Counted from the first letter of the stretch, positions 1-10,038 are shown. The stretch: DNA of 64,000 nucleotides from an uncultured Verrucomicrobiae bacterium (GCA_963719495.1 CAVRCI010000009.1:128001-192000), one strand, 5' to 3'. The notes: generated by a model not told the origin, from the sequence alone. Made by a program: numbers and translations.

Positions 1-78
1 TCCGGCGATGAAATCCCTCGCCACCGTCGCGTCCGCGAGCCGCTTCAGCGACTCCCGCGCTCCCGGGCTGATCCTCAC
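1..78 (-). CDS. 5' end of a gene running off the left edge (unknown product)
   Basis: GTG at 78 overlaps the TGA of the LuxR gene (GTGA); frame VRISPGARESLKRLADATVARDFIAG is open to the edge. Confidence 0.4.
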   Translation of the reverse strand, partial: MRISPGARESLKRLADATVARDFIAG

Positions 79-710
79 GATTCCCCCCCGTTCCGAACGT
101 CCAAGGCAGCGCCAAACTCCGCGACCAGTTGCGCCCGGTTCGCGACGCCCAGCTTGCGAAACGCCCCCGCCAGCTCCGCCTTCACCGTCGCCAACGAACG
201 CCCGACCGACTCCGCGACCGCTTGGTTCGTCCGTCCCCGGCACACCTCCCGGACGACCGCCAACTCCGCCGACCCCAACAACGCCAACCACCCCAATTTC
301 TCCTCCACCGACCGCCGACTCCGCGTCAGCAGCACCACCCGAAACGTCGGTCGCCCCAACTCGCGGTCGCCCGGCGGCTGCGTCGTCACCCGCACCGCCA
401 ACTCCGCCGTCAGTACCCGCCGAATCTCGAGAATTCTCCCCGGACGCTCCGCCTCCAGCAACACCGCGTGCCATTCGTCCCTCGCTTCGTCCGCAATCGC
501 CCGCACCTGCTCCCACCGCTCGTCCCCGCCGAGCCGCGCCAACAGCTCCTCCGCCGCCGCACTCGCGCCCACCACCCGCAGACCCCAATCCAGCACGATC
601 ACCGGCACCCGCTCCGACCACAACACCCCCTGAAGCGTCCGCAGAACCTGCCGAGCACCACCCCCTTCAAGCGAGTCTCGATGAACCCGATCTTGCTTCA
701 CGAGCAACAT
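75..710 (-). CDS. LuxR-family HTH transcriptional regulator
   Basis: C-terminal AELAVVREVCRGRTNQAVAESVGRSLATVKAELAGAFRKLGVANRAQL fits the LuxR/GerE HTH. Confidence 0.8.
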   Translation of the reverse strand: MLLVKQDRVHRDSLEGGGARQVLRTLQGVLWSERVPVIVLDWGLRVVGASAAAEELLARLGGDERWEQVRAIADEARDEWHAVLLEAERPGRILEIRRVLTAELAVRVTTQPPGDRELGRPTFRVVLLTRSRRSVEEKLGWLALLGSAELAVVREVCRGRTNQAVAESVGRSLATVKAELAGAFRKLGVANRAQLVAEFGAALDVRNGGES

Positions 711-824
711 GATCTTTTATCCCTAATCAGAATTTCACCAAACGCAAACCACCAACCCCCGAAACCGAATTGCCAATCCCGCCCCACCTGCAACAAATCC
801 ACGATCCAAAATCCGAAATCTCAA

Positions 825-1541
825 ATTCTCACCGCCGGCCTCGCCGCCGCTCGGTCGAACCTCGTGCCCGGCCTTGTTCTCCAGGCCGTCATGCTCGGCA
901 TCCTCGTCGCCTACTACGCCGTCCCGGCGACCCGTGGCACCTTCGACCAGCTCACCATCCTCAAATCCGAGGGCGGTTACGCCTTCTCGTTCATCGCGAC
1001 CGCTCTCGCCGGCGGGCTTTTCCCGGAGTCCCTCCGAATCGCCATCTTCCAACGCTTCCGGATCGTTCGGACGAACTTCACCAGCTTCCTCTTCGGCTCA
1101 ATCTTCTGGGGCGGCATGGGAGTCCTCATCGACGCCTTCTACCGTCTCCAGTCTCACCTCTTCGGAGCCGACCCGACCGCCGCCACCGTCGGCGCCAAAG
1201 TCCTCGCCGACATGCTCCTCTTCACGCCCTTCGTCGGCGTCCCACTCGCCGCCACCGCCTACCTCTGGAAGCAGCGCAATTTTGACACCGCCATCTTCGG
1301 CGATGTCCTCAATCTCCGCGGCTACCGCACCCACATCCTCCCGGTCCTCATTCCCAACTGGGCCGTCTGGGGACCCGTCGTTTGCGTTATCTACGCCCTC
1401 CCGGTCGGCCTCCAATTCCCCACCTACGTCCTAGCCCAAGCCTTTTGGACCCTCGTCCTCACCACCCTGACCGCCGCCCCCCCATCGCACACGACCAGCG
1501 ATCGGCAATTGCGCGACCGCCAACCCCACCCAAAAAGGTAG
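825..1541 (+). CDS. Mpv17/PMP22-like multi-pass membrane protein (start uncertain)
   Basis: Several TM helices; KVLADMLLFTPF and LIPNWAVWGPVVCVIYALPVGLQFP resemble Mpv17/PMP22; no in-frame ATG/GTG/TTG between 711 and 890. Confidence 0.6.
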   Translation: MLTAGLAAARSNLVPGLVLQAVMLGILVAYYAVPATRGTFDQLTILKSEGGYAFSFIATALAGGLFPESLRIAIFQRFRIVRTNFTSFLFGSIFWGGMGVLIDAFYRLQSHLFGADPTAATVGAKVLADMLLFTPFVGVPLAATAYLWKQRNFDTAIFGDVLNLRGYRTHILPVLIPNWAVWGPVVCVIYALPVGLQFPTYVLAQAFWTLVLTTLTAAPPSHTTSDRQLRDRQPHPKR

Positions 1542-1567
1542 GGAAGCCGCGCCGCCGGGTTCCCATT
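1537..1567. repeat. GTAG-type REP-like element; inverted copy at about 61217-61250
   Basis: GGTAGGGAAGCCGCGCCGCCGGGTTCCCATT versus the reverse complement of 61217-61250, GGTAGGGAGGCCGCGCCGTCGGGCTCCCATT. Confidence 0.65.
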
Positions 1568-2115
1568 CTTGGTCAGAAGTATCGGGGTTCAATCGAGTTC
1601 GGGATTGAACTTCCCCGGCAGACGGGTGATCCCAAAGTCGCTTGGTAATGAGAGGAATTCCGAACTCCGTGGCATCGTCTTCCGGCCGATGATCCAACCT
1701 CAATCGGCTGAAACCCGATTCTATCTGAAACGGGTAAGGTCTTTTTTGTAGGAAACGTCCAGTTCACGTCATCACCGCCAAACGCCTTCGTCCGCAACCC
1801 GACCCGACCCACGGAACGCGCGGCGCGCTCTCCCTACCCCGAACTGGGGCCGTCGGCCTCGTAGGCGGATCGACCCGGCAAGTCGATTCAGACCATACCC
1901 AGTTTGAATCCCACCCCCGCCGCGGGGATCGGACTGCAAGCGAGCCTTGACGTCGAGCCGGGACACCGGGCCAAAAGCTCAATCCCGGAAGGCTGCCCGC
2001 GGCCCATAGCGCACCGTCGGACCAAGCCGGCGTGAAGGCCCACCACGTCCAACCGAGCATCCCCCGGTCGTCGAAGCGCTCATCCCTCATCCGAATCCAG
2101 CACCAGATCACCAAC

Positions 2116-2163
2116 GCGCCGACCGATTAAACGTAACGGCCGTTACGTTTAATCGGTCGGCGC
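2116..2163. repeat. Perfect 48-bp palindrome
   Basis: GCGCCGACCGATTAAACGTAACGG|CCGTTACGTTTAATCGGTCGGCGC, no loop. Confidence 0.95.
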
Positions 2164-2213
2164 TTTTAGGCCTCCATGCTCCCAAGTTCATCCAAAACGC
2201 GGGGGATTCTCAG

Positions 2214-2267
2214 CCCTGGATTCCCTGTAAAATGTGACGACCGTCACATTTTACAGGGAATCCAGGG
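2214..2267. repeat. Inverted repeat with 26-bp perfect arms and a 2-nt centre
   Basis: CCCTGGATTCCCTGTAAAATGTGACG-AC-CGTCACATTTTACAGGGAATCCAGGG. Confidence 0.95.
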
Positions 2268-2722
2268 ATCGCCGCGCCGTTGGTGCGGGCTATCTGACGG
2301 GGCGGACAGCCGCCGAGGCGAAGAACTTTGGGTCGCCGGAGGCCAGGGGTGCTGACGCCCTGGTGACGGCTTCCACCACCGCTCTGATTCCACGCTCGAA
2401 TGGGCTGGACTCACTACCAATCACACCCATCGTCCCGCGAAAGTCGACCAGTCCTTGCCAGCGCCCGCGATGGCGCTCGCTCTCCCGGACAGAATCGCCA
2501 ACCCAACGAGTGCGCAAAGAGTGTCCCGTCCGCCGTTCGTTCTTCGGGTCCGTTCGATGTGGCAGTCGGGCAGGATTCAACTAGGAGTCTGTCGGACTTA
2601 GAAAAGCCGACGCTCCAGAATGGCGTATATGGCATTTTGATTTTCTCTGAGACATCCGGCGGTGGGCAAAAACGATCAATTTCGTTCGTTTTGGCCCGAA
2701 ATCGCCTAAGCCCGACAGGCTG

Positions 2723-4510
2723 CTAGCGGCGAATGATCCGGAGTTTGAAGATCTTGGAGCGATTGCCCGCGTTATCGAAAGCGCGGACCTTGACGACCGT
2801 CTGGCGCTTCCTGGTGTTTGGGCGAATCACTGCGCGCCAGCGGGTGCCGGGTCCCTTCGCTTCCTGGAAACCACCCCGCACGCCGCTGGCTTTGAACTCC
2901 ACCCGGTCGATACCGGAGGCGTCCGCCGCCGTCCCGCGAAAGACGACCCGGCGGCGGGTGGATTCGACGCGGCGACGGCCTTTGACGCGGACGGTGGGGC
3001 GGGTGAGGTCGGGTGGAGTCGGGGCGGCGACGGGCAGGATATTATAAGAATAGGCGGCACCCGCTTCGGCGGCGGCGTTGTCGTTGACGGCAAGGGGGTT
3101 GTCGACGCCGCTGGGGGCGCTGTCCTCCAGGCTCGCCCCGATGACCGCGGTGGTCGGGGACAGCGCGACCGCCCCGCCGAAGCGATCCTCGGGATCCGGG
3201 TTGAGCGCTTTGAGGTAGGCGTTGGGGGTCCAGATCGGGCCGGCTCGCTCGAAGAGAAAAGCCGCGCCCGCGCTCTCCGCCGAGTTGTCGGTCGGATCAC
3301 CCCCCACGCCGGTGGCCCCGCCGTCTTCGCGGAAAGCGCCGACGAGGGCGTGGTTTCCGGCGACGGCGACGGCTCGCCCGAACTGGTCGCCGGAGTCGGC
3401 ACTGAAGGCTTTGAGGTAAGCTTCGGGGAACCAGGTGGTGCCGCCGCGGACGAAGGTGTAAGCGGCTCCCGCGCTGGCGGCGGTGTTGCTGGCGGGGTCG
3501 CCATTCACGCCGGAGGCGGAACCCGCTTCGAAGGGCGCGCCGACGAGCACGGTGTTGCCCGAAACGGAGACGGATGAGCCGAACTGATCGCCGGAATCGG
3601 TGTTCGAGGCTTTGAGGTAGGCGGCTTGGGACCAGGTGGCCGCGGCCCGGGTGAAGACGTAGGCGGCACCGCTGCCCGATTCGGTGGCGTCGGCCTGATC
3701 GCCGCCGACGCCGGTCGCCGCGCTGTCTTCGAGCGGCGCGCCGACCACGGCGGTGTCGCCCGAGATGGCGACCGAGGAGCCGAAGCGGTCTCCGGCCTCC
3801 GTGTTGGATCCTTTCAAGTAGGACCGGAACGACCAGATGATGCCCGAGCGGGTAAAGACGTAAGCAGCTCCGGCGGAGCCGGCCGTGTTGTCGAGCGGGT
3901 TGCCGTCGACGCCGGTGTCGGCGCTGGCCTCGAAGCGCGCGCCGACGAGGATGGTGTCGCCCGAGATGGCGACGGCGGCTCCGAATTCGTCGCCGGCGTC
4001 GGAGTTGGGCGCTTTGAGGTAGGCTTGCTGAGACCAGGCAACCCCGGAGCGCACGAAAACGTAAGCCGCGCCGGCGCTCGGGGCGCTGCCATCCAACTCA
4101 CTGCCGTCGACCGCGTCGGCGTCGCTGTCCTCGAGGTTGGCTCCGACGACGAGGGTGTCGCCGGAGATCGCAACCGACGCGCCGAAGACGTCGCTGTCCT
4201 CGGTGTTGGAAGCCTTGAGGTAGGCTTGTTGAATCCAGGTCGCCCCGCTGCGGACGAAAACGTAGACGGCACCGGCGGAGGAGAGGCCGTTGTTAATTTG
4301 GTCGCCCCCGATTCCCACGGCGTTGCTCTGCTCGCCGGGTGCGGCGACGACGATGGTATCGCCGGAGACGGCGACGGCGGCTCCGAAGGTGTCGCTCGAA
4401 TCGGGATTGGACGCTTTGAAGAAGGCGTCCTAGGCGACGGAGCTATTGGCGTGGGCGGACGGAAGCCACCCGGAGGCGGCGATCAGCGCGAGAGGAAGGA
4501 GTCGGTTCAT
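2723..4510 (-). pseudogene. Secreted FG-GAP (integrin-like) beta-propeller protein with a basic Ig-like C-terminal domain; in-frame TAG at 4430-4432
   Basis: Signal peptide MNRLLPLALIAASGWLPSAHA, then SSVA*DAFFKASNPDSSDTFGAAVAVSGDT in frame with ORF 2723..4318; repeats YLKASN..D.FG..VA.SG..GAAYVF. Confidence 0.8.
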
Positions 4511-5058
4511 GAGTTTTGGGGGAGCAATCTCGGCCGAGGCCGACGTGCGGACCGCGATACGGATCGGAGATGGGTCTACGCGCCGAGCGACTCGAGGGAG
4601 TTTCCAATGGACAGCGGCGCGGCGCAATCGGAAATCTGGGAGCATATCGGTTTCCTGCTAACCTTTTTCTGGAAACCTCGCGACCGGTCCGTCCGGGGTG
4701 GGATCACCGCCGAAGAATCCGGCGAGAAGAATAAGAAGTTTCATAACATTGGCTTCGTTTGGGGGCGAAAGTTCATCGGTAAGGTCGCTTGCAACCCTAC
4801 GCGCAACGGCCTGCGCGCAAACTGATATTTGGCAGTCAATAATTTCTCAGCGCAATATTCGATCGTTCCGATGACCGACCGGCAGGGACGCGGGTCTGAC
4901 CCGAACGCCCTGCCGCCCCGGCGCCTCCTAATCGACAAACAGAAAGTAAAATGCGACCCCGATCCCCGTCCAAAACGCGAAACCGACCACGCAGACGGTT
5001 TCCATCCTGAGAACCCGCGGCTGATCCGATAGAGCCACGGGCTCAAATCGAACCCCGT

Positions 5059-5166
5059 GGTGGAACTTGCGCTCCGCGCGGGTTGGCGGGCGAAGTCGTG
5101 TGGAAGGCCAGCGTCGTTCTTGCACTCGGAGTCGCTCGCCAGCGTGCGCGGAGCGCCCTCTCCACC
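5059..5166. repeat. REP-doublet-like hairpin; inverted copy at 11789-11897
   Basis: GGTGGAACTTGCGCTCCGCGCGGGTTGGCGGGCG...GAGTCGCTCGCCAGCGTGCGCGGAGCG...TCCACC matches the reverse complement of 11789-11897. Confidence 0.75.
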
Positions 5167-5209
5167 TTCTCAACCCCACCCACTTCTCATCCCGAGGCAA
5201 CGCACTCGA

Positions 5210-5238
5210 TTGACAATTCAGACTAAGTCGACTAATCC
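5210..5238 (+). promoter_or_regulatory. Sigma70-like promoter of the TA operon with overlapping GACT repeats (possible operator)
   Basis: TTGACA-17 bp-TAATCC ending 9 nt before the ATG; GACTAAGTC palindrome in the spacer. Confidence 0.6.
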
Positions 5239-5247
5239 AGACTTTCC

Positions 5248-5484
5248 ATGAAGTCCGTTGCCACGCACGAAGCCAAGACGCACCTCTCCCGTCTCCTTAC
5301 CGAGATCGCCGCGGGCGAGGAATACGTGATCACCCGCGGTCGAACTCCCGTCGCGCGACTGATTCCCGTTCCCAATCCTCGGCCCCGCCCGAAAGTGGGT
5401 GAGACCCTGGACGAGCCGCGCCCCGTCCCGGACGAAAGTCTGCGCGCACTCACCGCCGGTGAACTCGCCGCCTGGGGCCTGTGA
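5248..5484 (+). CDS. Phd/YefM-family antitoxin
   Basis: MKSVATHEAKTHLSRLL...GEEYVITRGRTPVARL. Confidence 0.9.
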   Translation: MKSVATHEAKTHLSRLLTEIAAGEEYVITRGRTPVARLIPVPNPRPRPKVGETLDEPRPVPDESLRALTAGELAAWGL

Positions 5485-5867
5485 TCGCCCTCCTCGACAC
5501 GTGCACGTTTCTCTGGCTCGCGCTGGAACCCTCGCGCCTCTCGGAGCCGTGCCGGGCTGTGATCGACGACGAGTCGAATCAACTCGTATTCAGCCAGGTG
5601 AGCGTCTGGGAGATCACGCTCAAAAATTCCGTCGGCAAACTCCCGCTTCCGCTCCCACCCCGCGAGTGGATCCCCACCCGTCGGGCCTTCTTTCAGCTAG
5701 AGGCCGTCCAACCGACCGAAGCCGCCATCTTCCGCAGCGGCGAACTCCCCCGCGTTCACGCCGACCCATTCGACCGCCTGATCGCCGCCCACGCCATCGA
5801 AGCGAACTTCACCATCCTGTCCCCTGACACCCCCCTCTCCGACCTCGGAGCCGCCCGCATCTGGTGA
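5481..5867 (+). CDS. vapC: PIN-domain (VapC-family) toxin
   Basis: LLDTCTFLW, SVWEI, HADPFDRLIAA motifs; GTGA overlap with the antitoxin. Confidence 0.9.
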   Translation: MIALLDTCTFLWLALEPSRLSEPCRAVIDDESNQLVFSQVSVWEITLKNSVGKLPLPLPPREWIPTRRAFFQLEAVQPTEAAIFRSGELPRVHADPFDRLIAAHAIEANFTILSPDTPLSDLGAARIW

Positions 5868-5887
5868 ACCGCCAAAAGCGGTGCTCC

Positions 5888-5938
5888 ACCATTCACCATT
5901 CACCATTCACCATTCACCATTCACCAGTCACCAGTCAC
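5888..5938. repeat. Heptamer tandem repeat (CACCATT)n between convergent genes
   Basis: ACCATTC x5 followed by ACCAGTC x2. Confidence 0.9.
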
Positions 5939-7333
5939 TCACGCCTTCCCGTCCTTGAACATCTCCAGCGTCCGCTCCCGCTCCACCTTGTGGTCGACCA
6001 TCGGGGCCGGGTAGCCCTTCGCCAGCGGCTTTCCGTCTTCCGGCGGACCGAAGAACCGCTTCGCATCCACGTCTCGCAGCTCCGGCACCCATTCCTTCAC
6101 GTAGTCTCCCCGCTTGTCGAAGCGCTCACCCTGCGTCCACGGGTTCTGGATCCGAAAATACGGTGCCGCGTCCGCGCCCGTTCCCGCGCTCCACTGCCAG
6201 CCCCCGTTGTTACTCGCGATCTCGCCGTCCGTGAGCTGCTGCATGAAATACGACTCCCCCGTGCGCCAATGCACGTGCAGGTCCTTCGTCAGGAACATCG
6301 CCGTGATCATCCGGCACCGGTTGTGCATGAAACCCGTCGCCGCCAACTGCCGCATCGCCGCGTCGACGATCGGAAACCCCGTCTCGCCCGCCTTCCATTT
6401 CTTAAAATCGGAGTCCTTCCCCGGCCACGTCACCCCGCCGTAACGCGGGTTGAAATCCTCCTCCAACACCTTCGGCCAATGCCACAGCACCGCCTGATAA
6501 AACTCCCGCCAGATCAGCTCGTTCACGTAGGTATCCGCGCCCTTCCGTCCCGACGCCCCCAAGCTCTCCGCCTTCTCCGCGCACCGCTCGTAAACTTCCC
6601 GCACCGAAAGCAAACCCCACCGCAGATCCTGCGACAGCCGCGAAGTCGTGTCCCCGGACGGCGTGTTCCGAGTCTGATCGTATTCCCCGATCCCGCCATT
6701 CACCCAGGCCGTCAGCCGTCCCCGCGCCGCCTTTTCACCCGGCTCGATGATGCTCCCATTCCCCTTCAGCCCCCAATGCGCCAGATCCGGTAAGTCCAGG
6801 CTCTTCACGTTGTTCGGCGAATCCAGCTTCCGCAGCCGCCCCGCCGCCTTCCGTTTGTCCAGCTTCCGCCACGCCTTCGAATAAGGCGTAAAAACTTTAT
6901 ACGGCTCCTCGCTTCCAGTCAGCACCTCGTCACGCTCGTGATTGCAGTGATCCTGAAACAACTTCAACTCGATGCCCGCTTCGCTCAACGCCTTCCCGAG
7001 TCGTTCCTCGACGTCCCGCCCGAACGGATCCGGGTCCCGATTCGTGTAAATGGCCGCCGCCCCGACCTCCTTCGCCAGTCCCACCAATTCCCTCACCTGC
7101 TCGCCGCACCGCAGCGTCAGCGTGCTCCCGATCGATTGCAAATTCCCCGAGAGCGCCTCCAGTGACCCGCAGAGGAACTCCTGCCGATGAGGCCCCGTCC
7201 ACCCGTGCGACTTCGTCCAGTCGCTCAACACGTAGACCGCCACCACGGAATCCCCATCCCCCGAAGCCGCCGCCAGCGAGGTATTATCCGTAATCCGCAA
7301 ATCCCGCCGAAACCAATGAACGATCGTTTTCAT
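5939..7333 (-). CDS. phrB: Deoxyribodipyrimidine photolyase (class I)
   Basis: WFRRDLRITDN, TSRLS, ELIWREF, GETGFPIVDAAMRQL, MHNRCRM, NNGGWQW, APYFRIQNP. Confidence 0.93.
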   Translation of the reverse strand: MKTIVHWFRRDLRITDNTSLAAASGDGDSVVAVYVLSDWTKSHGWTGPHRQEFLCGSLEALSGNLQSIGSTLTLRCGEQVRELVGLAKEVGAAAIYTNRDPDPFGRDVEERLGKALSEAGIELKLFQDHCNHERDEVLTGSEEPYKVFTPYSKAWRKLDKRKAAGRLRKLDSPNNVKSLDLPDLAHWGLKGNGSIIEPGEKAARGRLTAWVNGGIGEYDQTRNTPSGDTTSRLSQDLRWGLLSVREVYERCAEKAESLGASGRKGADTYVNELIWREFYQAVLWHWPKVLEEDFNPRYGGVTWPGKDSDFKKWKAGETGFPIVDAAMRQLAATGFMHNRCRMITAMFLTKDLHVHWRTGESYFMQQLTDGEIASNNGGWQWSAGTGADAAPYFRIQNPWTQGERFDKRGDYVKEWVPELRDVDAKRFFGPPEDGKPLAKGYPAPMVDHKVERERTLEMFKDGKA

Positions 7334-7345
7334 GTCTCAAATACG

Positions 7346-7440
7346 AACCACCGATGGACACGGATAGACACGGATTAATTTTCTGAATCTTTTCAGCCAT
7401 CCGCGTTCATCCGCGTCCATCCGTGGTGAAAAGCATTTCC
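7346..7440. repeat. Tandem-unit hairpin element (ACACGGAT family); second copy at 17499-17594
   Basis: AACCACCGATGGACACGGATAGACACGGAT...ATCCGCGTTCATCCGCGTCCATCCGTGGTGAAAAGCATTTCC is nearly identical to 17499-17594. Confidence 0.8.
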
Positions 7441-9245
7441 GAATCAAACGAAACGGCGAACACCTCCCCACCGGCACCCTCGCGCCGCCCCGCCGCTTCG
7501 AAAGCAGCCCCGCAGTCCCGTCCCGCCAGCGCAACGAATTCCCAGCCCGCCAGAGTTGTTCCGATCCCCCGGGCCGCCCGCGCAAGCTGGGCCGCCTGAC
7601 GGAATAGATGCGCCCGCCCTTCCCCAGACCGCACGCCCGCGGTCAGCCCGATTCCAACCTTCACCATCAGCCTCCGCAACTCCCCCGCGCACCGCACCGC
7701 CCCCGCACACTCGTCGAAAGTCGCCCTCAACTCGCCCTCCAACTCGATCACCTCCCGCGCACCTTTCAGTGCCGCGTCCAAACCCGCCACCGGCTCGACG
7801 CCCGAGGCATGAACGCAGAACCGGGCCGATCCCTCGACCCCGACCCACTCGAATCCATCCGCCAATCGCGCTGGCTCGTCGGTCAGCGGATCCACCACCC
7901 AAACGGGCACGCCAAGACTCGTCGACCGGGCGACCAGATCCGCCGTTCCGCCCGCTCCATCGCCAAGCGCCCCGTCCCAGACGGCCAGCACAACGAGATC
8001 CCCACCCCACTCCCGCGCCCGTCGCGCCGCCGTCCCCAGAATCATCTCGTTCCCAAATCCCCACAGCGTCCCGTCCTCCGGATCCCCACCCTGCGGCGTC
8101 ACCCAGACCGTCACCGCCCCGGCGCAAGCTTCCTCGAATCGAGTCCGCCAAGCCTCGCCGACACTCACCGCGGCGTAACTCTCCCGCTCCAGCGGCAGCA
8201 CCACCGCGGCGTCCACGCCCCGCTCGCGCAGCACCTCCAAACCGATGAGATCCCCACCGGAAGCCGCGCCCGCGACGCCGATCCACGGCCCCACCCGCTC
8301 GATCACACTCGCCATCCGCGCCCGCACCGACGCCTCGCGCCCCGCCGGGAATCTCGGTCGCTCCCGTCCCGCCGCGTCCACCCGGTGCCCCGTGACCACC
8401 AGCACCACCGGCCGCCCCAGCACGTCGTCGAGCGCCTTCGCGGGCATCCCCAATTTCTCCAACAACAACACCGCCTGCTCGCGCGACGTGAGAATTTGAT
8501 CCCGATCGACCCCCTCCCGCACCGCCTCGGCATACATCGCCCGCGCTCCGTCCAGATCCCCCGAAGCCAACCGCGCCTCCGCCAGCGACACCCGCTCCCA
8601 ATAATTCGACGCCCCGCCCCGCCGCTCCAAATCCTCCCGCACCAACGCCGCCATCCGCCCCGCCGCCTCGTCGTCGTCGAGCAGCGCCGACAACGTCGCC
8701 GCGTTCACCGCCGGATAATACACGTCGTCCCGCTCCTCGCCCGCCGCCGCCGCGTATTCGTCCCGCGACCGCTCGAGATCCGCCCGCTCACCCCGAGCCT
8801 TCCACGCGTCCTTGAACAAACGCCCCACCAGCGGTCGCGCGTCACTCAACCCCGAGATCGGTTCCCAATTTTTCTCCAAAATCACCCGAGCCCGTTCCCG
8901 CCCCCCCGTCCGCGCCAGCGCCAGCGCCCGCTGGTAGGCCGGCAATCCCCTTCCCGGAAAAACGGCCATCGCTTCCGCCGCAACCTCCGCCGCCAGAAAA
9001 TTCTCACCCCGCTTCAGCAGCAACGCCGCCAGGCCCTCGTAAATCCCCGGAAACAAACCCCAAAATGGCGCCACCCGCCCCTGCCACCGGGCCGTCAATT
9101 CGCCCGTGCTTGCCCCCCGGCCCTCGGCACCCAGCCATCGTTCGAACTCAGCCACCCGCTCCCTCGCCGCCGCCAGTCTACTCCCGCCCGGCGTTTCCCG
9201 GTTGTCCCCCCGTATCGATCCTGTCATTTGTTTTGGGCGCGGCAT
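7407..9245 (-). CDS. TPR (MAP3K TRAF-binding-like) + SLOG-like domain protein with a degenerate cyclase-like C-terminus
   Basis: GRLFKDAW...YYPAVNAATL...NYWERVSLAEA (TPR); VTGHRVD..RFP, GAASGGDL, VWDG..GDGAGGT (SLOG-like). Confidence 0.65.
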   Translation of the reverse strand: MPRPKQMTGSIRGDNRETPGGSRLAAARERVAEFERWLGAEGRGASTGELTARWQGRVAPFWGLFPGIYEGLAALLLKRGENFLAAEVAAEAMAVFPGRGLPAYQRALALARTGGRERARVILEKNWEPISGLSDARPLVGRLFKDAWKARGERADLERSRDEYAAAAGEERDDVYYPAVNAATLSALLDDDEAAGRMAALVREDLERRGGASNYWERVSLAEARLASGDLDGARAMYAEAVREGVDRDQILTSREQAVLLLEKLGMPAKALDDVLGRPVVLVVTGHRVDAAGRERPRFPAGREASVRARMASVIERVGPWIGVAGAASGGDLIGLEVLRERGVDAAVVLPLERESYAAVSVGEAWRTRFEEACAGAVTVWVTPQGGDPEDGTLWGFGNEMILGTAARRAREWGGDLVVLAVWDGALGDGAGGTADLVARSTSLGVPVWVVDPLTDEPARLADGFEWVGVEGSARFCVHASGVEPVAGLDAALKGAREVIELEGELRATFDECAGAVRCAGELRRLMVKVGIGLTAGVRSGEGRAHLFRQAAQLARAARGIGTTLAGWEFVALAGRDCGAAFEAAGRREGAGGEVFAVSFDSEMLFTTDGRG

Positions 9246-9261
9246 TTTCCGCGCTGATCAC

Positions 9262-10038
9262 ATGGCGGGCGGCTACTACACACCTCGATACTGGATCCAC
9301 GACCTCGCCGCCAGCATCGTTTACCGAGGCGTCGCCTCCGCCGCCCGGCTCCTCACCGCCCGACCGTCACTCGCCGAGAACGAAGTCCTCCGTCACTTCC
9401 GCTGGATGGTGAAGCGAGGCTTCGTCCCCACGCTCCTCATGGCCTTCCTCTACGGCATGCTGGCCGCGTATTTTCCCGCCTCCTACCTCGGCAACCCAGA
9501 CCTCTTTCGCGAATGGATCATGCCGCACTTCGGCGGATTCTTCGTCTCCTTCCTCGTCCCCTTCGCCGTCGCGAATCTCTTCTGCGTCCGCGGCGTCGTC
9601 GCCATCGCCGCCGACCTCACCGGCATGCGCCTTTCCCAGGAGATCGACATCCTCGACACCCTCGGCGTCGACGTCGCCCGCCAGCTTTTCGCCCCCCGCG
9701 CGCTCGCCCTCGTCCTCCTCGCCCCCGTCCTCGCCATCCTCGGCGTCGGCTTCGGCGCGCTCGGATGCTACCTCGGGACCTCGATATTCCTCCCCATCGG
9801 CATCGCAGAATTCTGGCGCGAATTCATGGCCAGCGTCACACCCACCCTCTACCTCGTGACCGTCATCAAAGCCGCCGCCATCGCCTTCGTTCTCGCGATC
9901 ATCGCCGGGTCCCACGCCTTCGCCCCGATCGCACCCGGCTCCCGCGACATCGTTGGCCGACTCACCACGAAAGCCGTCGCCGTCGCCTCGCTCGGCGTCA
10001 CCGTCCTCAACCTCCTTTTCCGGATGGCCACCTCGTGA
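9262..10038 (+). CDS. MlaE-like ABC permease (divergent; start uncertain)
   Basis: AIAADLTGMRLSQEIDILDTLGVD..LFAPR and VGRLTTKAVAVA are MlaE hallmarks. Confidence 0.75.
   Translation: MAGGYYTPRYWIHDLAASIVYRGVASAARLLTARPSLAENEVLRHFRWMVKRGFVPTLLMAFLYGMLAAYFPASYLGNPDLFREWIMPHFGGFFVSFLVPFAVANLFCVRGVVAIAADLTGMRLSQEIDILDTLGVDVARQLFAPRALALVLLAPVLAILGVGFGALGCYLGTSIFLPIGIAEFWREFMASVTPTLYLVTVIKAAAIAFVLAIIAGSHAFAPIAPGSRDIVGRLTTKAVAVASLGVTVLNLLFRMATS

Noticed and set aside
2116..2267. Integron attC sites
   Set aside because: No RYYYAAC/GTTRRRY ends, no extrahelical bases, no cassette ORFs or integrase
1569..2726. Short ORFs in the gap after the Mpv17-like gene
   Set aside because: They overlap REP and palindromic DNA, have atypical composition and show no family motifs
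4430..4432. Amber recoding (pyrrolysine or TAG-to-Gln)
   Set aside because: TAG ends conserved genes here (rpsD, map, secY) and no pyl genes are present
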